A stretch of 64,000 nt of DNA from a bacterium (GTDB lineage Bacteria > UBA8248 > JACPRG01 > G963555815), in contig OZ244653.1 in the NCBI GenBank assembly GCA_965218795.1, positions 3,872,001-3,936,000 of the forward strand. The letters run 5' to 3'. A program made the translations under genes and the position numbers. This document shows, piece by piece, positions 42,638-52,972 of the stretch (the first letter of the stretch is position 1; every line of letters begins with the position of its first letter). Below the pieces are notes generated by a model. It worked only from the letters and a program-made list of their open reading frames with translations, had not been told where the DNA came from and did no database searches.

Positions 42638-43201
42638 GCCGGGGATACGGCGTCCGCGTTGCGGACGTTCCCCCTGTCCCCGGGCCGCCGCCCGCCGTCC
42701 TAGAGGCCCATGGCAGCGAACTGCCGGTCGCGCGCGCTGGCCTGCCGCCGCAGGCGTGCGCACATCAGCATCCCCGTCACGCCGTGTTGCGATTCTGGGG
42801 ACACCCTCCTGAATGAATGACTTTCGGATGGGTGCGCCCCCTGCCGAAACCATGCAGGGGCATGGCTCTCGGTCATTCCTGCCCCCGATTAAGACATTCG
42901 AGGGCAGGCGCTGCAGCAGGAATCCAGAGCGTCCGTGCAGGGCAAGGATCGCACGGGTCGTGGCGCCAGGGTTCCCCATCCAGACGTAACTCAGCGGCGC
43001 AATCACAGGCAGGAAACATTTTGAGGAGAGGCAGCCGTGCGTGCGGTGCCGGATGGCCTCACGGCGCCCATGGATTGAAAAGGGTCGCTTGCAATACGCC
43101 TGAATCTAGTGGTTCGTTGGCGTGAGCGAGGTCCATCGCTCCTCACAGAATATCGTAATGCGTAACTTGACGAAGAACGGATGGTTTTGGTAACTTGTGT
43201 A

Positions 43202-43492
43202 ATGAAGATTCGAAATGTGGTTCACAAGGGGCTTCGCCGATTCATGGAGGACGATAACGCGGCCGCTCTCCAGCCTGCGGTTGTGCCGAAGCTGCGACGC
43301 ATCCTTTCTTTCCTTCAGGACATGGAGCGGGAGGAAGAACTGCGGACGGTTCCGAGTTGGGAGGCGCATCAGCTTGTCGGCGATCGCAAGGGCGTCTGGA
43401 GTCTGTCGGTCACGAAAAACTGGCGGATCACATTCCGGATCGACCAGGAGGAGATCGAGATCGTCGATCTGGACTACGAGGATTACCACTAG
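43202..43492 (+). CDS. higB: HigB-like toxin
   Basis: HKGLRRF..HQLVGDRKGVWSLSVTKNWRITF..LDYEDYH; toxin-first gene order. Confidence 0.9.
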   Translation: MKIRNVVHKGLRRFMEDDNAAALQPAVVPKLRRILSFLQDMEREEELRTVPSWEAHQLVGDRKGVWSLSVTKNWRITFRIDQEEIEIVDLDYEDYH

Positions 43493-43502
43493 AGAGGTGG
43501 CC

Positions 43503-43814
43503 ATGAGCGCGATACAGGGTATCCGGATGAAGAATCCTGCCCATCCGGGCGGGTTCGTGAAGAGCGAGATCATTGAGGCCCTGGGCTTGTCAGTGACCGA
43601 CGGGGCGAAGGTGTTGGGAGTCACACGCCCCGCGCTGTCCGCGCTGCTCAACGAGCGTGTGCATCTCTCGCCTGAAATGGCGCTCAGGATCGAGAAGGCG
43701 TTTGGCGTGTCCATGGATACGCTGATGAGGATGCAGAACAGTTACGACATTGCCGAGACCCGCAAGCGGGAAGGTGAATTCGAGCTTGTTCCGTACAGGG
43801 GACAGGTTGCTTGA
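43503..43814 (+). CDS. higA: HigA family antitoxin
   Basis: PAHPGGF..LGVTRPALSALLN..SPEMALRIEKAFG. Confidence 0.92.
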   Translation: MSAIQGIRMKNPAHPGGFVKSEIIEALGLSVTDGAKVLGVTRPALSALLNERVHLSPEMALRIEKAFGVSMDTLMRMQNSYDIAETRKREGEFELVPYRGQVA

Positions 43815-43921
43815 GCCGCTCTCCGCGCCGGGCTGCGGCTGCTCGAAGAGCGCGAAACCGAAGTGGGGATACTGGGGACACCCTACTGAATGAATGACTT
43901 TCGGATGGGTGCGCTCCTTGT

Positions 43922-44282
43922 CGAAACCATGCAGGGGCAGGTCCCGCGACGAAGACATTCGGGGGCAAGTTGCAGCAGGAATGCATGCGGCATAACCGGG
44001 GCTGCGAGGGAAGGACGCCTCCAGAGCCAGGGTTTCGCAAACAAGGGGCACGAAACAAACCCACAGCCGGAAAGACCGCTGAATCAGGGATCCACAGAGG
44101 GTTGGCCATTGTCGTCTTGCGCGAGTCCGTGCGCGGGTCCGAATCGACCTTGAGGGAAGTGTCGTATGTGTTATGATTCGGGGGAGTTTTCGCTGCGAAG
44201 GTGATTCCAGGCCCGTGGATGGACGGTTGGACACGAGGCGCAGGCATGGCGGGACCAACAACGGGAGACGCATCATGAAATG
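43922..44282 (+). repeat. ~355-bp direct repeat, copy 1 (promoter, leader and ATG of msrA)
   Basis: Near-identical to 45589-45939; both copies end in GGAGACGCATC-ATGAAATG. Confidence 0.9.
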
Positions 44283-44886
44283 GGCTATGCTGACGGTTGC
44301 CGCGACGCTTTCGCTCTTCGCTTACACCGCAAGCGCACAGCAACTCGAAAAGGCGATCTTCGCCGGCGGCTGCTTCTGGTGCGTCGAGTCGGATTTCGAC
44401 AAGGTGCCGGGCGTGGTCGCGACGGTCTCCGGCTATACCGGCGGCAAGACCGAAAACCCGTCCTACAGGCAGGTCACGGCCGGCGGCACAGGGCACTACG
44501 AGGCGGTCGAGATCACCTACGATCCGGCAAAGGTCAGCTACGAGGCGCTGCTTACCGCCTTCTGGCGCTCGGTCGACCCGACCGATGGCGGCGGGCAGTT
44601 CTGCGACCGCGGCCAGTCCTACCAGACCGCCGTCTTCGTCGCGAACGAGAAGCAGCGCGGCTTGGCCGAGGCCTCCAAGAACGCGGCGCAAAAGATGCTC
44701 GACCAACCGATCGTCACCCCGATCCTCGCCGCCGCGCCGTTCTACCCCGCCGAAGATTATCACCAGAACTATTATAAAAGGAACCCGCTCCGCTACCGCT
44801 ATTACCGCTGGGGTTGCGGCCGCAACCAGAAGGTCAAGGAGGTCTGGGGCAAGCATGCCTATCAAGGCATCCCCGGCCACGGCTGA
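44275..44886 (+). CDS. msrA: Peptide-methionine (S)-S-oxide reductase with signal peptide
   Basis: FAGGCFWC, GHYEAV, GQFCDRG..Y, FYPAEDYHQNYY. Confidence 0.95.
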   Translation: MKWAMLTVAATLSLFAYTASAQQLEKAIFAGGCFWCVESDFDKVPGVVATVSGYTGGKTENPSYRQVTAGGTGHYEAVEITYDPAKVSYEALLTAFWRSVDPTDGGGQFCDRGQSYQTAVFVANEKQRGLAEASKNAAQKMLDQPIVTPILAAAPFYPAEDYHQNYYKRNPLRYRYYRWGCGRNQKVKEVWGKHAYQGIPGHG

Positions 44887-45588
44887 GGCCGCGCCCCTTC
44901 ACCGTGCGCGCAACCCCGGCCGCGAACAGCATTCGCTTGCTGGATTCGGGAATGGGCGGGGTGCGGTCGGAAGGTTGCGGGCGAGATGACAGCCGCGTTC
45001 AAGAGGCGTCGCCGGACCCGATGACGGGCATCGGATCGGTCGCTACAGTGGGATCGGAGATGGCGGAGCCGCGTGGTCCGCTGTCCCAGGGCGTCCGCTC
45101 GCCGTCCTGGAGGCGCATGGAAGCGAACTGCCGCCGCGGGCGGGCGCATCAGCAGCATCCCCGTCACGCCGGAGGCAGGTGTTGGACGCGGTGAAGGACG
45201 GCGTTTGAGATCACGCGGGCCTGCAAGGGTTTTCGGTCCAAGGCCGGGAAGGCGAAAATGAACCCGGCTTCCATTCCAGACGTAAGGCGTCATCAACCAA
45301 AAATTTGACCTGTACGACGCAGGTATCTTCCCGAGCAAATGGCACCTTATTATCCGGTCATTCCTGCCCCCGATTAAGACATTCGAGGGCAGGCTGCAGC
45401 AGGAGGAATCCATGAGGGGGGTGGCGCCACGCTCAGCCCCGTAGGCAGAGCGGTTCGGTCATTCCTGCGCCCGCCCGGCCCAGGTGCGTGAAGGACGAAC
45501 GACTCGGGCAACACTGGATTCCCGCCTCCGCGGGAATGACAGAACGGGGGGTCTGCGTGACTTTGTTCCGTCACTCCTGCCCCCCTGC

Positions 45589-45939
45589 CGAAACCATTCA
45601 GGGGCAGGCCCCCCGACGAAGACATTCGGGGACAGGTTGCAGCAGGAATGCATGCGGCATAACCGAGGCTGCGAGGGAAGAACGACTTCAGAGCCAAGGT
45701 CTCGCAAATCAAGGGCACGAGACAAACCCAAAGCCGAAAGGACCGCTGAATCAGGGAGCCACAGAGGGTTGGCCATTGTCGTCTTGCGCGGGTCCGAATC
45801 GACCTTGAGGGAAATGTCGTATGTGTTATGATTCGGGGGAGTTTTCGCTGCGAAGGTGATTCCAGGCCCGTGGATGGACGGTTGGATCACGAGGCGCAGG
45901 CATGGCGGGACCAACAACGAGGAGACGCATCATGAAATG
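45589..45939 (+). repeat. ~350-bp direct repeat, copy 2 (promoter, leader and ATG of aapJ)
   Basis: Near-identical to 43922-44282; contains TTGAGG..TGTTATGAT, an extended -10 promoter. Confidence 0.9.
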
Positions 45940-46948
45940 CAAAACGATATTGGCCGTTGCGGCGCTCGTCGTAGCCTTTACGCTTCCGGCGTCAGCCGCC
46001 ACGCTGGATGACGTCAAGGCCAAGGGGCATGTCCAATGCGGCGTGAGTCAGGGCCTGCCGGGGTTTTCGAACCCCGACAAGGACGGTAACTGGATCGGGC
46101 TCGACGCCGATGTGTGTCGGGCCGTAGCCGCCGCGGTCTTCGGTGATGCGAACAAGGTGAAGTACAGCCCGCTGTCGGCGAAGGAGCGTTTCACCGCCTT
46201 GCAATCGGGCGAGATCGACATGCTGTCACGGAACACGACCTGGACGCTGACGCGTGACACCGCGCTCGGCCTGGATTTCGTGGGCGTCAACTTCTATGAC
46301 GGCCAGGGCTTCATGGTCCGAAAAGACATGGGGGTCAAGAGCGCCAAGCAGCTCGGAGGCGCCAGCGTTTGCACCGCCATCGGCACGACGACCGAGCTCA
46401 ACATGGCCGACTTCTTTCGCGCCAACAAGTTGAAGTACGAGCCGGTGACGTTCGAGAAAATGGACGAGGTGATAGCCGCCTACGACTCGGGCCGCTGCGA
46501 CGTGTTCACGACGGATCGTTCGGCCCTGGCGGCGCAGCGCGTGAAGCTGAAGAATCCCGCCGCGCACGTGATTCTTCCCGAGACGATCTCGAAGGAGCCT
46601 CTGGGACCCGTGGTCCGCCACGGCGACAACAAGTGGGCGGACATCGTCCGCTGGTCCCTCATCGTCATGATCGAGGCGGAGGAGGTGGGCGTCACGTCCA
46701 AGAACGTCGATGACATGCGCAAGACGGCGGCCAACCCGGTGGTGAAGCGGCTTCTCGGCACGGAAGGCGATATGGGCAAGAACCTGGGCCTTTCCAACGA
46801 CTGGTCCTACCACATCATCAAACAGGTGGGGAATTACAGCGAGTCCTACGAGCGCCACGTCGGCCCCAAGACCGCGATCGGCCTGGCGCGCGGTGTGAAC
46901 GAGCTTTGGATCAATGGCGGATTGATGTATCCGATGCCTGTCCGCTAG
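45932..46948 (+). CDS. aapJ: General L-amino acid ABC substrate-binding protein
   Basis: CGVSQGLPGFS, ERFTALQSGEIDMLSRNTTWTLTRD, ISKEPLGP. Confidence 0.9.
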   Translation: MKCKTILAVAALVVAFTLPASAATLDDVKAKGHVQCGVSQGLPGFSNPDKDGNWIGLDADVCRAVAAAVFGDANKVKYSPLSAKERFTALQSGEIDMLSRNTTWTLTRDTALGLDFVGVNFYDGQGFMVRKDMGVKSAKQLGGASVCTAIGTTTELNMADFFRANKLKYEPVTFEKMDEVIAAYDSGRCDVFTTDRSALAAQRVKLKNPAAHVILPETISKEPLGPVVRHGDNKWADIVRWSLIVMIEAEEVGVTSKNVDDMRKTAANPVVKRLLGTEGDMGKNLGLSNDWSYHIIKQVGNYSESYERHVGPKTAIGLARGVNELWINGGLMYPMPVR

Positions 46949-47041
46949 GACGGCACGGGCGCAGTCAAGCAGGGCATGTCCGGTTTGCGCCGGGCGTGCC
47001 CTGTTTCGTTTCGCAGGTGGAGTGGAGCCAGGCAGGGGGTC

Positions 47042-48232
47042 ATGACCGCTCGCAACGAAGCCGCCGCCGCGCCGGCGCGCACGTCGTTCTGGAACAACCC
47101 GCGGGTCCGTGCCCTGATCTTTCAGGCCCTCGTGATCGGCGGGATCATCGGATTCGGGGCCTACATCCTCAACAATACGCTCGCCAACATGGAAAGCCGG
47201 GGCATTGCCTCCGGCTTCGATTTCCTGACGAGGACGGCCGGTTTCGACATCGGCATGAAGCTTATCGAATACAACGAGGCGTCCTCTTACGGCCGCGCGT
47301 TCGTCGTGGCGCTTTTGAATACGCTGCTGGTGTCGGCCATCGGCATCGTTCTCGCCACGACTCTCGGGTTCGTCATCGGAATCGCGCGCCTCTCGAGCAA
47401 CTGGATCGTCGCGAAGCTGGCCGAGGTCTACATCGAGATCTTTCGCAACATCCCGTTGCTGCTGCAGATTTTCTTCTGGTATTTCGCGGTGCTGCGGACC
47501 CTGCCGTCGCCGAGCCGAAGCGTCGAATTCGCCGGCCTGTTCTTCCTCAACATCCGCGGGCTGTCCGCGCCCAGGCCGATCTTCGAGTCCGGCTTCTCCG
47601 CCATTCCGATCTGCTTCCTCGTCGGGGTGGTTGCGGTCGTTTTTATCGCCCGTTGGGCGAAACGTCGGCGCGAAGCAACGGGCCGGCAGTTTCATACCAT
47701 CGCTGTGTCGCTCGGCATTCTGATCGGGTTGCCCCTGCTTGCGGGGTGGGTGACGGACCTCCCCTTGTCATGGGACTATCCGGTCCTGGAGGGCTTTAAT
47801 TTCCGGGGCGGCCTGACGCTCATCCCCGAACTGGTCTCCATGGTGGTCGCCCTGACCGTCTACACGGCTTCCTTTATTGCCGAAGTCGTGCGCTCGGGCA
47901 TCCAGGCGGTCAGCCACGGACAAAAAGAGGCGGCCCGTTCCCTCGGCATGCGTCCCGGACACGCCCTGCGTCTCGTCGTCATCCCGCAGGCGTTGCAGCT
48001 CATCATACCGCCCCTCACCAGCCAATACCTGAACCTGACCAAGAACTCGTCGCTGGCCGCGGCGATCGCCTATCCCGATCTGGTTCTGGTATTCGCCGGC
48101 ACGGCGCTGATGCAGTCGGGGCAAGCCGTGGAGATCATCGCCATCACCATGGCCGTGTACCTCACGATCAGTCTGGTCATTTCGGCGATCATGAATTGGT
48201 ACAACAAGAAAACAGCGTTGGTGGAGCGTTAG
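47042..48232 (+). CDS. aapQ: Amino acid ABC permease
   Basis: FRNIPLLLQIFFWY, AEVVRSGIQAV, SQYLNLTKNSSL. Confidence 0.9.
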   Translation: MTARNEAAAAPARTSFWNNPRVRALIFQALVIGGIIGFGAYILNNTLANMESRGIASGFDFLTRTAGFDIGMKLIEYNEASSYGRAFVVALLNTLLVSAIGIVLATTLGFVIGIARLSSNWIVAKLAEVYIEIFRNIPLLLQIFFWYFAVLRTLPSPSRSVEFAGLFFLNIRGLSAPRPIFESGFSAIPICFLVGVVAVVFIARWAKRRREATGRQFHTIAVSLGILIGLPLLAGWVTDLPLSWDYPVLEGFNFRGGLTLIPELVSMVVALTVYTASFIAEVVRSGIQAVSHGQKEAARSLGMRPGHALRLVVIPQALQLIIPPLTSQYLNLTKNSSLAAAIAYPDLVLVFAGTALMQSGQAVEIIAITMAVYLTISLVISAIMNWYNKKTALVER

Positions 48233-48235
48233 GCC

Positions 48236-49339
48236 ATGGCGGACGCAAAGACGACGTTCGTGCGGAGTCTCGATCTGCTGCCGCCCGTATCCACGGTGGG
48301 CGTGGTGGGGTGGTTGCGCCGGAACCTGTTCTCGACCTGGTACAACAGCGTCCTCACCGTCCTGTCCCTGTGGCTCGTCTGGGAAGCGGTGCCGCCCGTC
48401 ATCGCGTGGGCGCTGGTCAACGCGGACTGGACGGGCGCCACCCGTGACGCCTGCTCGCGCGAGGGGGCGTGCTGGGTGTTCATCAAGGAGTGGTTCGGCC
48501 AGTTGATATACGGCCGCTATCCGATCGATGAGCGCTGGCGCCTCAACCTCGGAGCCCTCATGCTCATCGTATGCGCGGGGACCCTGTTCTTCCCGCGGTT
48601 CCGGTACAAACCGTGGATGGCCGCGTTCCTGCTGGCCGGCTATCCGGTGATTGCGTTTTTCCTGTTCTCGGGCGACGCCTTCGGGCTGGAGTGGGTGGAG
48701 ACGCCCCTGTGGGGCGGCCTGTTCCTGACGCTGGTCATCGCAATCGTCGGATGCGTGCTGGCGCTGCCGATCGGCCTTTTGCTCGCCCTGGGCCGGCGCT
48801 CGGACATGCCGGTCGTGCGGGCCGTTTCCGTCGCCTTCATCGAGCTGTGGCGCGGCGTGCCCCTCATCACCGTCCTGTTCATGTCGTCGGTCATGTTCCC
48901 CTTGTTCTTGCCGGAGGGCCTGACGATCGATAAGCTGTTGCGCGCGTTGATCGCCGTGATGCTGTTCCAGGCGGCGTATCTTGCCGAGGTGATCCGCGGC
49001 GGACTGCAAGCCATTCCGAGGGGACAGTACGAGAGCGCCCAGTCGCTGGGCCTGCAGTACTGGAAGATAATGGTCCTCGTCATTCTTCCCCAGGCCCTCA
49101 AGCTGGTGATCCCGGGGATCGTGAACTCGTTCATCGCTTTGCTGAAGGACACGACCCTTGTGATGATCATCGGATTGTTCGACTTCTTCGGCATGATCCA
49201 GGCCGTCGGCACCAACCCCGACTGGCTGGGATTCGCGGTCGAGGGATACTTCTTCGCCGCTTTCGTTTTCTGGGTCCTCTGCTTCGGCATGTCACGCTAC
49301 AGTCAGCGCCTGGAGCGAAAGCTGCACACGGGTCACTGA
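48236..49339 (+). CDS. aapM: Amino acid ABC permease
   Basis: WGGLFLTL, RGVPLITVLFM, AEVIRGGLQAIPRGQYE. Confidence 0.9.
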   Translation: MADAKTTFVRSLDLLPPVSTVGVVGWLRRNLFSTWYNSVLTVLSLWLVWEAVPPVIAWALVNADWTGATRDACSREGACWVFIKEWFGQLIYGRYPIDERWRLNLGALMLIVCAGTLFFPRFRYKPWMAAFLLAGYPVIAFFLFSGDAFGLEWVETPLWGGLFLTLVIAIVGCVLALPIGLLLALGRRSDMPVVRAVSVAFIELWRGVPLITVLFMSSVMFPLFLPEGLTIDKLLRALIAVMLFQAAYLAEVIRGGLQAIPRGQYESAQSLGLQYWKIMVLVILPQALKLVIPGIVNSFIALLKDTTLVMIIGLFDFFGMIQAVGTNPDWLGFAVEGYFFAAFVFWVLCFGMSRYSQRLERKLHTGH

Positions 49340-49375
49340 GCGGACCGGCTCATCAACCCAAGGGGGGTCGCGGTC

Positions 49376-50152
49376 ATGAGTCATGCGCAGGCGGACACCG
49401 GCCAGGACGTGGACAACGACGCCGCCATTCAGATGATCGGCGTCCACAAATGGTTCGGCCAGTTCCACGCCCTCAAGGACATCCATCTTTCCGTCGCTTT
49501 CAAGGAGAAGATCGTCGTCTGCGGGCCTTCCGGCTCCGGCAAGTCGACCTTGATCCGATGCATCAACCGCCTCGAAGAGCATCAGCGCGGCCGAATCATC
49601 GTCGAAGGGACCGAGATGACGAACAACCTGAAAAATATCGAAGAGATTCGCCGCGAGGTCGGCATGGTGTTCCAACACTTCAACCTTTTCCCCCATCTCA
49701 CTGTTCTGGACAACCTCACGCTGGCGCCCATGTGGGTCCGCAAAATATCCAGGGCGGAGGCGGAGGAGACCGCCATGAAGTTTCTCACCCGGGTGAAGAT
49801 CCCCGAACAGGCGGCGAAGTTCCCCGGGCAGCTTTCGGGCGGTCAGCAGCAGCGTGTGGCGATCGCCCGGGAGCTCTGCATGAATCCCAAGATCATGCTG
49901 TTCGACGAGCCGACGTCGGCGCTCGATCCGGAGATGATCAAGGAAGTGGTGGACGTCATGGTGGACTTGGCGGAGGAAGGCATGACCATGCTCGTGGTGA
50001 CGCATGAAATGGGGTTTGCGAACCGGGTGGCCGACCGCGTCGTGTTCATGGACGAAGGAGAAATCGTCGAGCAGGCCGACCCCAAGACGTTTTTCAACAA
50101 TCCGCAGAACGAGCGGACCCAAATGTTCCTGAGCCAGATCCTGTCCCACTGA
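49376..50152 (+). CDS. aapP: Amino acid ABC ATP-binding protein
   Basis: [33 protein letters not shown]. Confidence 0.92.
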   Translation: MSHAQADTGQDVDNDAAIQMIGVHKWFGQFHALKDIHLSVAFKEKIVVCGPSGSGKSTLIRCINRLEEHQRGRIIVEGTEMTNNLKNIEEIRREVGMVFQHFNLFPHLTVLDNLTLAPMWVRKISRAEAEETAMKFLTRVKIPEQAAKFPGQLSGGQQQRVAIARELCMNPKIMLFDEPTSALDPEMIKEVVDVMVDLAEEGMTMLVVTHEMGFANRVADRVVFMDEGEIVEQADPKTFFNNPQNERTQMFLSQILSH

Positions 50153-50421
50153 GGCCGGCGCGGACGACCGGAGTCGAACGGGCTCCATCCGGTCAGTCGG
50201 CCCGCCTTTCGGATGAAGGTTCATCAAGCAAAATCCGCCGAGTCCGCTCAAGGGTTATCGTCCCCATGAAAACGGGAAGCCGCCCGGCGCGGCTTGTCGC
50301 TTCGAACCGGATGAGGTTTTGAAGGGCGCTCGCCCGGAAATCGTCCGCCATCTTTCCGGTATCGATAACCTGTTGAATAAAAATCAGTTACATAAAAGTA
50401 AGTTGAGCAAAAGGGAGAGCC

Positions 50422-50636
50422 ATGAAACTGCGCGACTATCCCGAAACCGACAGCCTGTATATCGAGCTCAAATCCGGGCCAGGTGTCGAGACGCGCGAAG
50501 TTGCGGGCGGGCTCAATGTCGACTCGACGCCGATGGAGAGGTTGTGGGCTTCGACATCGACCATGCTTCCAAGCGCCTCGACCTTTCCACGCTGGAGACG
50601 GAAGCGCTGCCCGTGCGCGCCTGCAAGGTCGGCTGA
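50422..50636 (+). pseudogene. DUF2283-like small protein, frameshifted
   Basis: MKLRDYPETDSLYIELK..GLNVD continues in another frame as DADGEVVGFDIDHAS; the shift is near 50524. Confidence 0.7.
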
Positions 50637-50744
50637 TCGGTGGCCGAAAATGTCCTCTCTGGGTTCTCCCGCCCTCCGTTTTACAAGTCGCCTTGTTGAA
50701 ACAGCCCGTTCAGGTCCGGACCCCCGAAAGTTGAACGAAAACCA

Positions 50745-50850
50745 TCCGGATTGGTTCGAAGGTCGAAGGCCGTAGTCTTCACGGCCTTCTGCTCGTCACC
50801 GGTCAGTTTGGCGAGGCTGTCGATGAAGGTGTCGGCGATGCGGAAGTCCG
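50745..50850 (-). pseudogene. N-terminal remnant of an R-M-associated UvrD-type helicase
   Basis: DFRIADTFIDSLAKLTGDEQKAVKTTAFDL; the start codon position reads ACG and the sequence is truncated. Confidence 0.6.
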
Positions 50851-50857
50851 TTAGGCG

Positions 50858-52054
50858 CTAGACGGACAATAGCCACTCATCGCCGGGCATGATACGCAGC
50901 ATGAATTCGTCGAACATCGGGACAGTGAACGCGGTGTCGCCGTGACTTGGACTCCAAATCATGCCTTTGTGGATCAGTTGATTGCGAGTGGGAGCCAGAG
51001 AGCTTACTTGGCGGTTCAATTGATTGGCAATATCACCAGAACGATGAGGCCCCGCGCCGAGTTGGGCCATCGCCCGCAGATATCTTTTCTCTGTGTGGGT
51101 CAGCCTGTCGAACCTGACCATAAAGAAACTCTGATCGAGGCCGGCGATGGCCTGCCGGGTGGCGACTTCAACACTGGAAACCGTGATGGGAGAACGCTCG
51201 GCAACATCCCATACATGCTTGCCCCATTCCTGTAGAAAGTAGGGATAGCATCGGGTTTGGGAAACGATGCCATCGAGAGCGAGAGGTTCTATCTCCACTC
51301 CTTCGTCTCTTGCGGGCTTGGCGATTGCGAGTTTGGCATCTTCAGACGACAGCGGTCCGATTTCAGGAAACTCAAAAAGTCGTTCGGCGTAAGATTTCGC
51401 TTTCCCCATGCGACCTCGTACCTGGGGTAGACCGGCCCCCAACATGACCACGGGGAGGCGCCGCTGAGATGTCCGGTGCAATGCGGTGATCAGGGCCGCC
51501 AGCTGATCCTCTTTCACATATTGAAGTTCGTCAACGAAAAGTGCCACACAGGTCGCATCCGCCTTGGCTGCAGCGCCGACGACTTCGAATAATTCCTGCA
51601 AGTCGATTTCCAAGTCACCGTTGTCTGCCAACCCCGGCTCAGGCTCGAAATCCAAACCGACCTCTATGTCCTGATACTTCACTTTCAGGGCTCCAACAAA
51701 CCCCGCGAGCCCTCTTAGAGCCCTTTGCGCCAGTTCCTTTGCCGCCTGCTTATGCGAAAGTTTCAACAAAGCAGTACGCAGTCGAGGTGCTAGAATGGAG
51801 GGAAGGGATCGGTTTTCAGGCGCTTCTATTCGTAGTGCGTAGATGCCGCTAGCCTCGGCTTTTTCCCGAATGAGGTCCAACAGCACGGTTTTGCCGACGC
51901 CCCGCAAGCCAACCATTATCATGCTCTTGGTGGGGCGCCCTATTTTGGTCCGCTCCAATGCGATTCGTGCGGATTCACGGATCTCGTCTCGGCCGGCTAG
52001 CTCGGGTGGCTGGGTGCCCGCTCCAGGCGCATATGGGTTGCGTATCGGGTCCAT
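50858..52054 (-). CDS. AAA-family P-loop ATPase with C-terminal winged helix
   Basis: NPYAPGAG..LAGRD, Walker A GLRGVGKT, Walker B FVDELQ, YPYFLQEWG. Confidence 0.88.
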   Translation of the reverse strand: MDPIRNPYAPGAGTQPPELAGRDEIRESARIALERTKIGRPTKSMIMVGLRGVGKTVLLDLIREKAEASGIYALRIEAPENRSLPSILAPRLRTALLKLSHKQAAKELAQRALRGLAGFVGALKVKYQDIEVGLDFEPEPGLADNGDLEIDLQELFEVVGAAAKADATCVALFVDELQYVKEDQLAALITALHRTSQRRLPVVMLGAGLPQVRGRMGKAKSYAERLFEFPEIGPLSSEDAKLAIAKPARDEGVEIEPLALDGIVSQTRCYPYFLQEWGKHVWDVAERSPITVSSVEVATRQAIAGLDQSFFMVRFDRLTHTEKRYLRAMAQLGAGPHRSGDIANQLNRQVSSLAPTRNQLIHKGMIWSPSHGDTAFTVPMFDEFMLRIMPGDEWLLSV

Positions 52055-52066
52055 AGAATTAGTTTT

Positions 52067-52799
52067 GGGTCATGCCTAGCTAAGAGTCGATCTTTACTCC
52101 ATAATGCTATGTATGACAATGAAAAACAAGTATGCGAGGCGTTCAAGGATTTCCGAGGCCAAAGTCCGTGAAGCCGTTCGGTATTTCGCCGCAGCTCTCA
52201 CCGCTGTCCAGGCGGCCGAGTTGAGCGGATTGAACCGGAACACGGTGAACCGTCTATACCGCGCTCTGCGGGAACGCATCCTGCTAGCTTGTGAGGCGCA
52301 ACGCCCTGTGTTCGGTGTGGTCGAGGTAGACGAAAGTCTCTTCGGCGCTCGCCGCGTGAAGGGCAGGCGCGGGCGTGGAGCCTATGGCAAAACGACCGTC
52401 TTTGGTATCTTCGAACGTGAGGGACAGGTCTATACGGAGATCGTCTCGGATTGCTCAAAGCCCACACTGCAAGGGATCATCCGCGGCAAGGTGGACCTGA
52501 ACACCGTCGTCAACACGGACAACTGGCGTGGCTACAACGGCTTGGTCGAGCTCGGATACGGCCACTTCCGGGTCGACCATTGCTTTGATGAGTTCACTTG
52601 CGGTGCCGTCCACATCAACGGCATCGAAGGCTTCTGGGGACTGGCCAAGGTTCGGCTGGCAAAATTCAAGGGCCTGCCCAAACACACCTTCCACCTCCAT
52701 CTCAAAGAAACCGAGTGGCGCTACAATTATCGCCATTCCAACAAATACAAAACCCTGTTAACCTACCTGCGAGAAAATCACATCAGCTAGGCATGACCC
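52067..52799 (+). mobile_element. IS1595-family insertion sequence
   Basis: Perfect 15-bp TIR GGGTCATGCCTAGCT (52067-52081 / 52785-52799); flanks TTAGTTTT and TTAGTTTA form an 8-bp TSD with one mismatch. Confidence 0.92.
52104..52790 (+). CDS. IS1595-family transposase
   Basis: VEVDESLFG..RGRGAYGKT, TDNWRGY, HINGIEGFW, LHLKETEWRYN. Confidence 0.92.
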   Translation: MLCMTMKNKYARRSRISEAKVREAVRYFAAALTAVQAAELSGLNRNTVNRLYRALRERILLACEAQRPVFGVVEVDESLFGARRVKGRRGRGAYGKTTVFGIFEREGQVYTEIVSDCSKPTLQGIIRGKVDLNTVVNTDNWRGYNGLVELGYGHFRVDHCFDEFTCGAVHINGIEGFWGLAKVRLAKFKGLPKHTFHLHLKETEWRYNYRHSNKYKTLLTYLRENHIS

Positions 52800-52883
52800 T
52801 TAGTTTATACTAAAATTCGCCATCTTATAATTTTATTGTAAAATAGCTAATTTCACTATAATTGAAAAGTCTCGGCGGCGCTG

Positions 52884-52972
52884 AACCCGAAACACCTTCA
52901 TCACCTCATTCCCCAGGTGGTTGATCTCTTTCACGGCGACCCGGCCGGATTGCGGTTTGTCGAACGGGCGGA
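52884..52972 (-). pseudogene. C-terminal remnant of a type III R-M methyltransferase (Mod)
   Basis: Translates RPFDKPQSGRVAVKEINHLGNEVMKVFRV, recalled as a typical Mod C-terminus. Confidence 0.6.
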
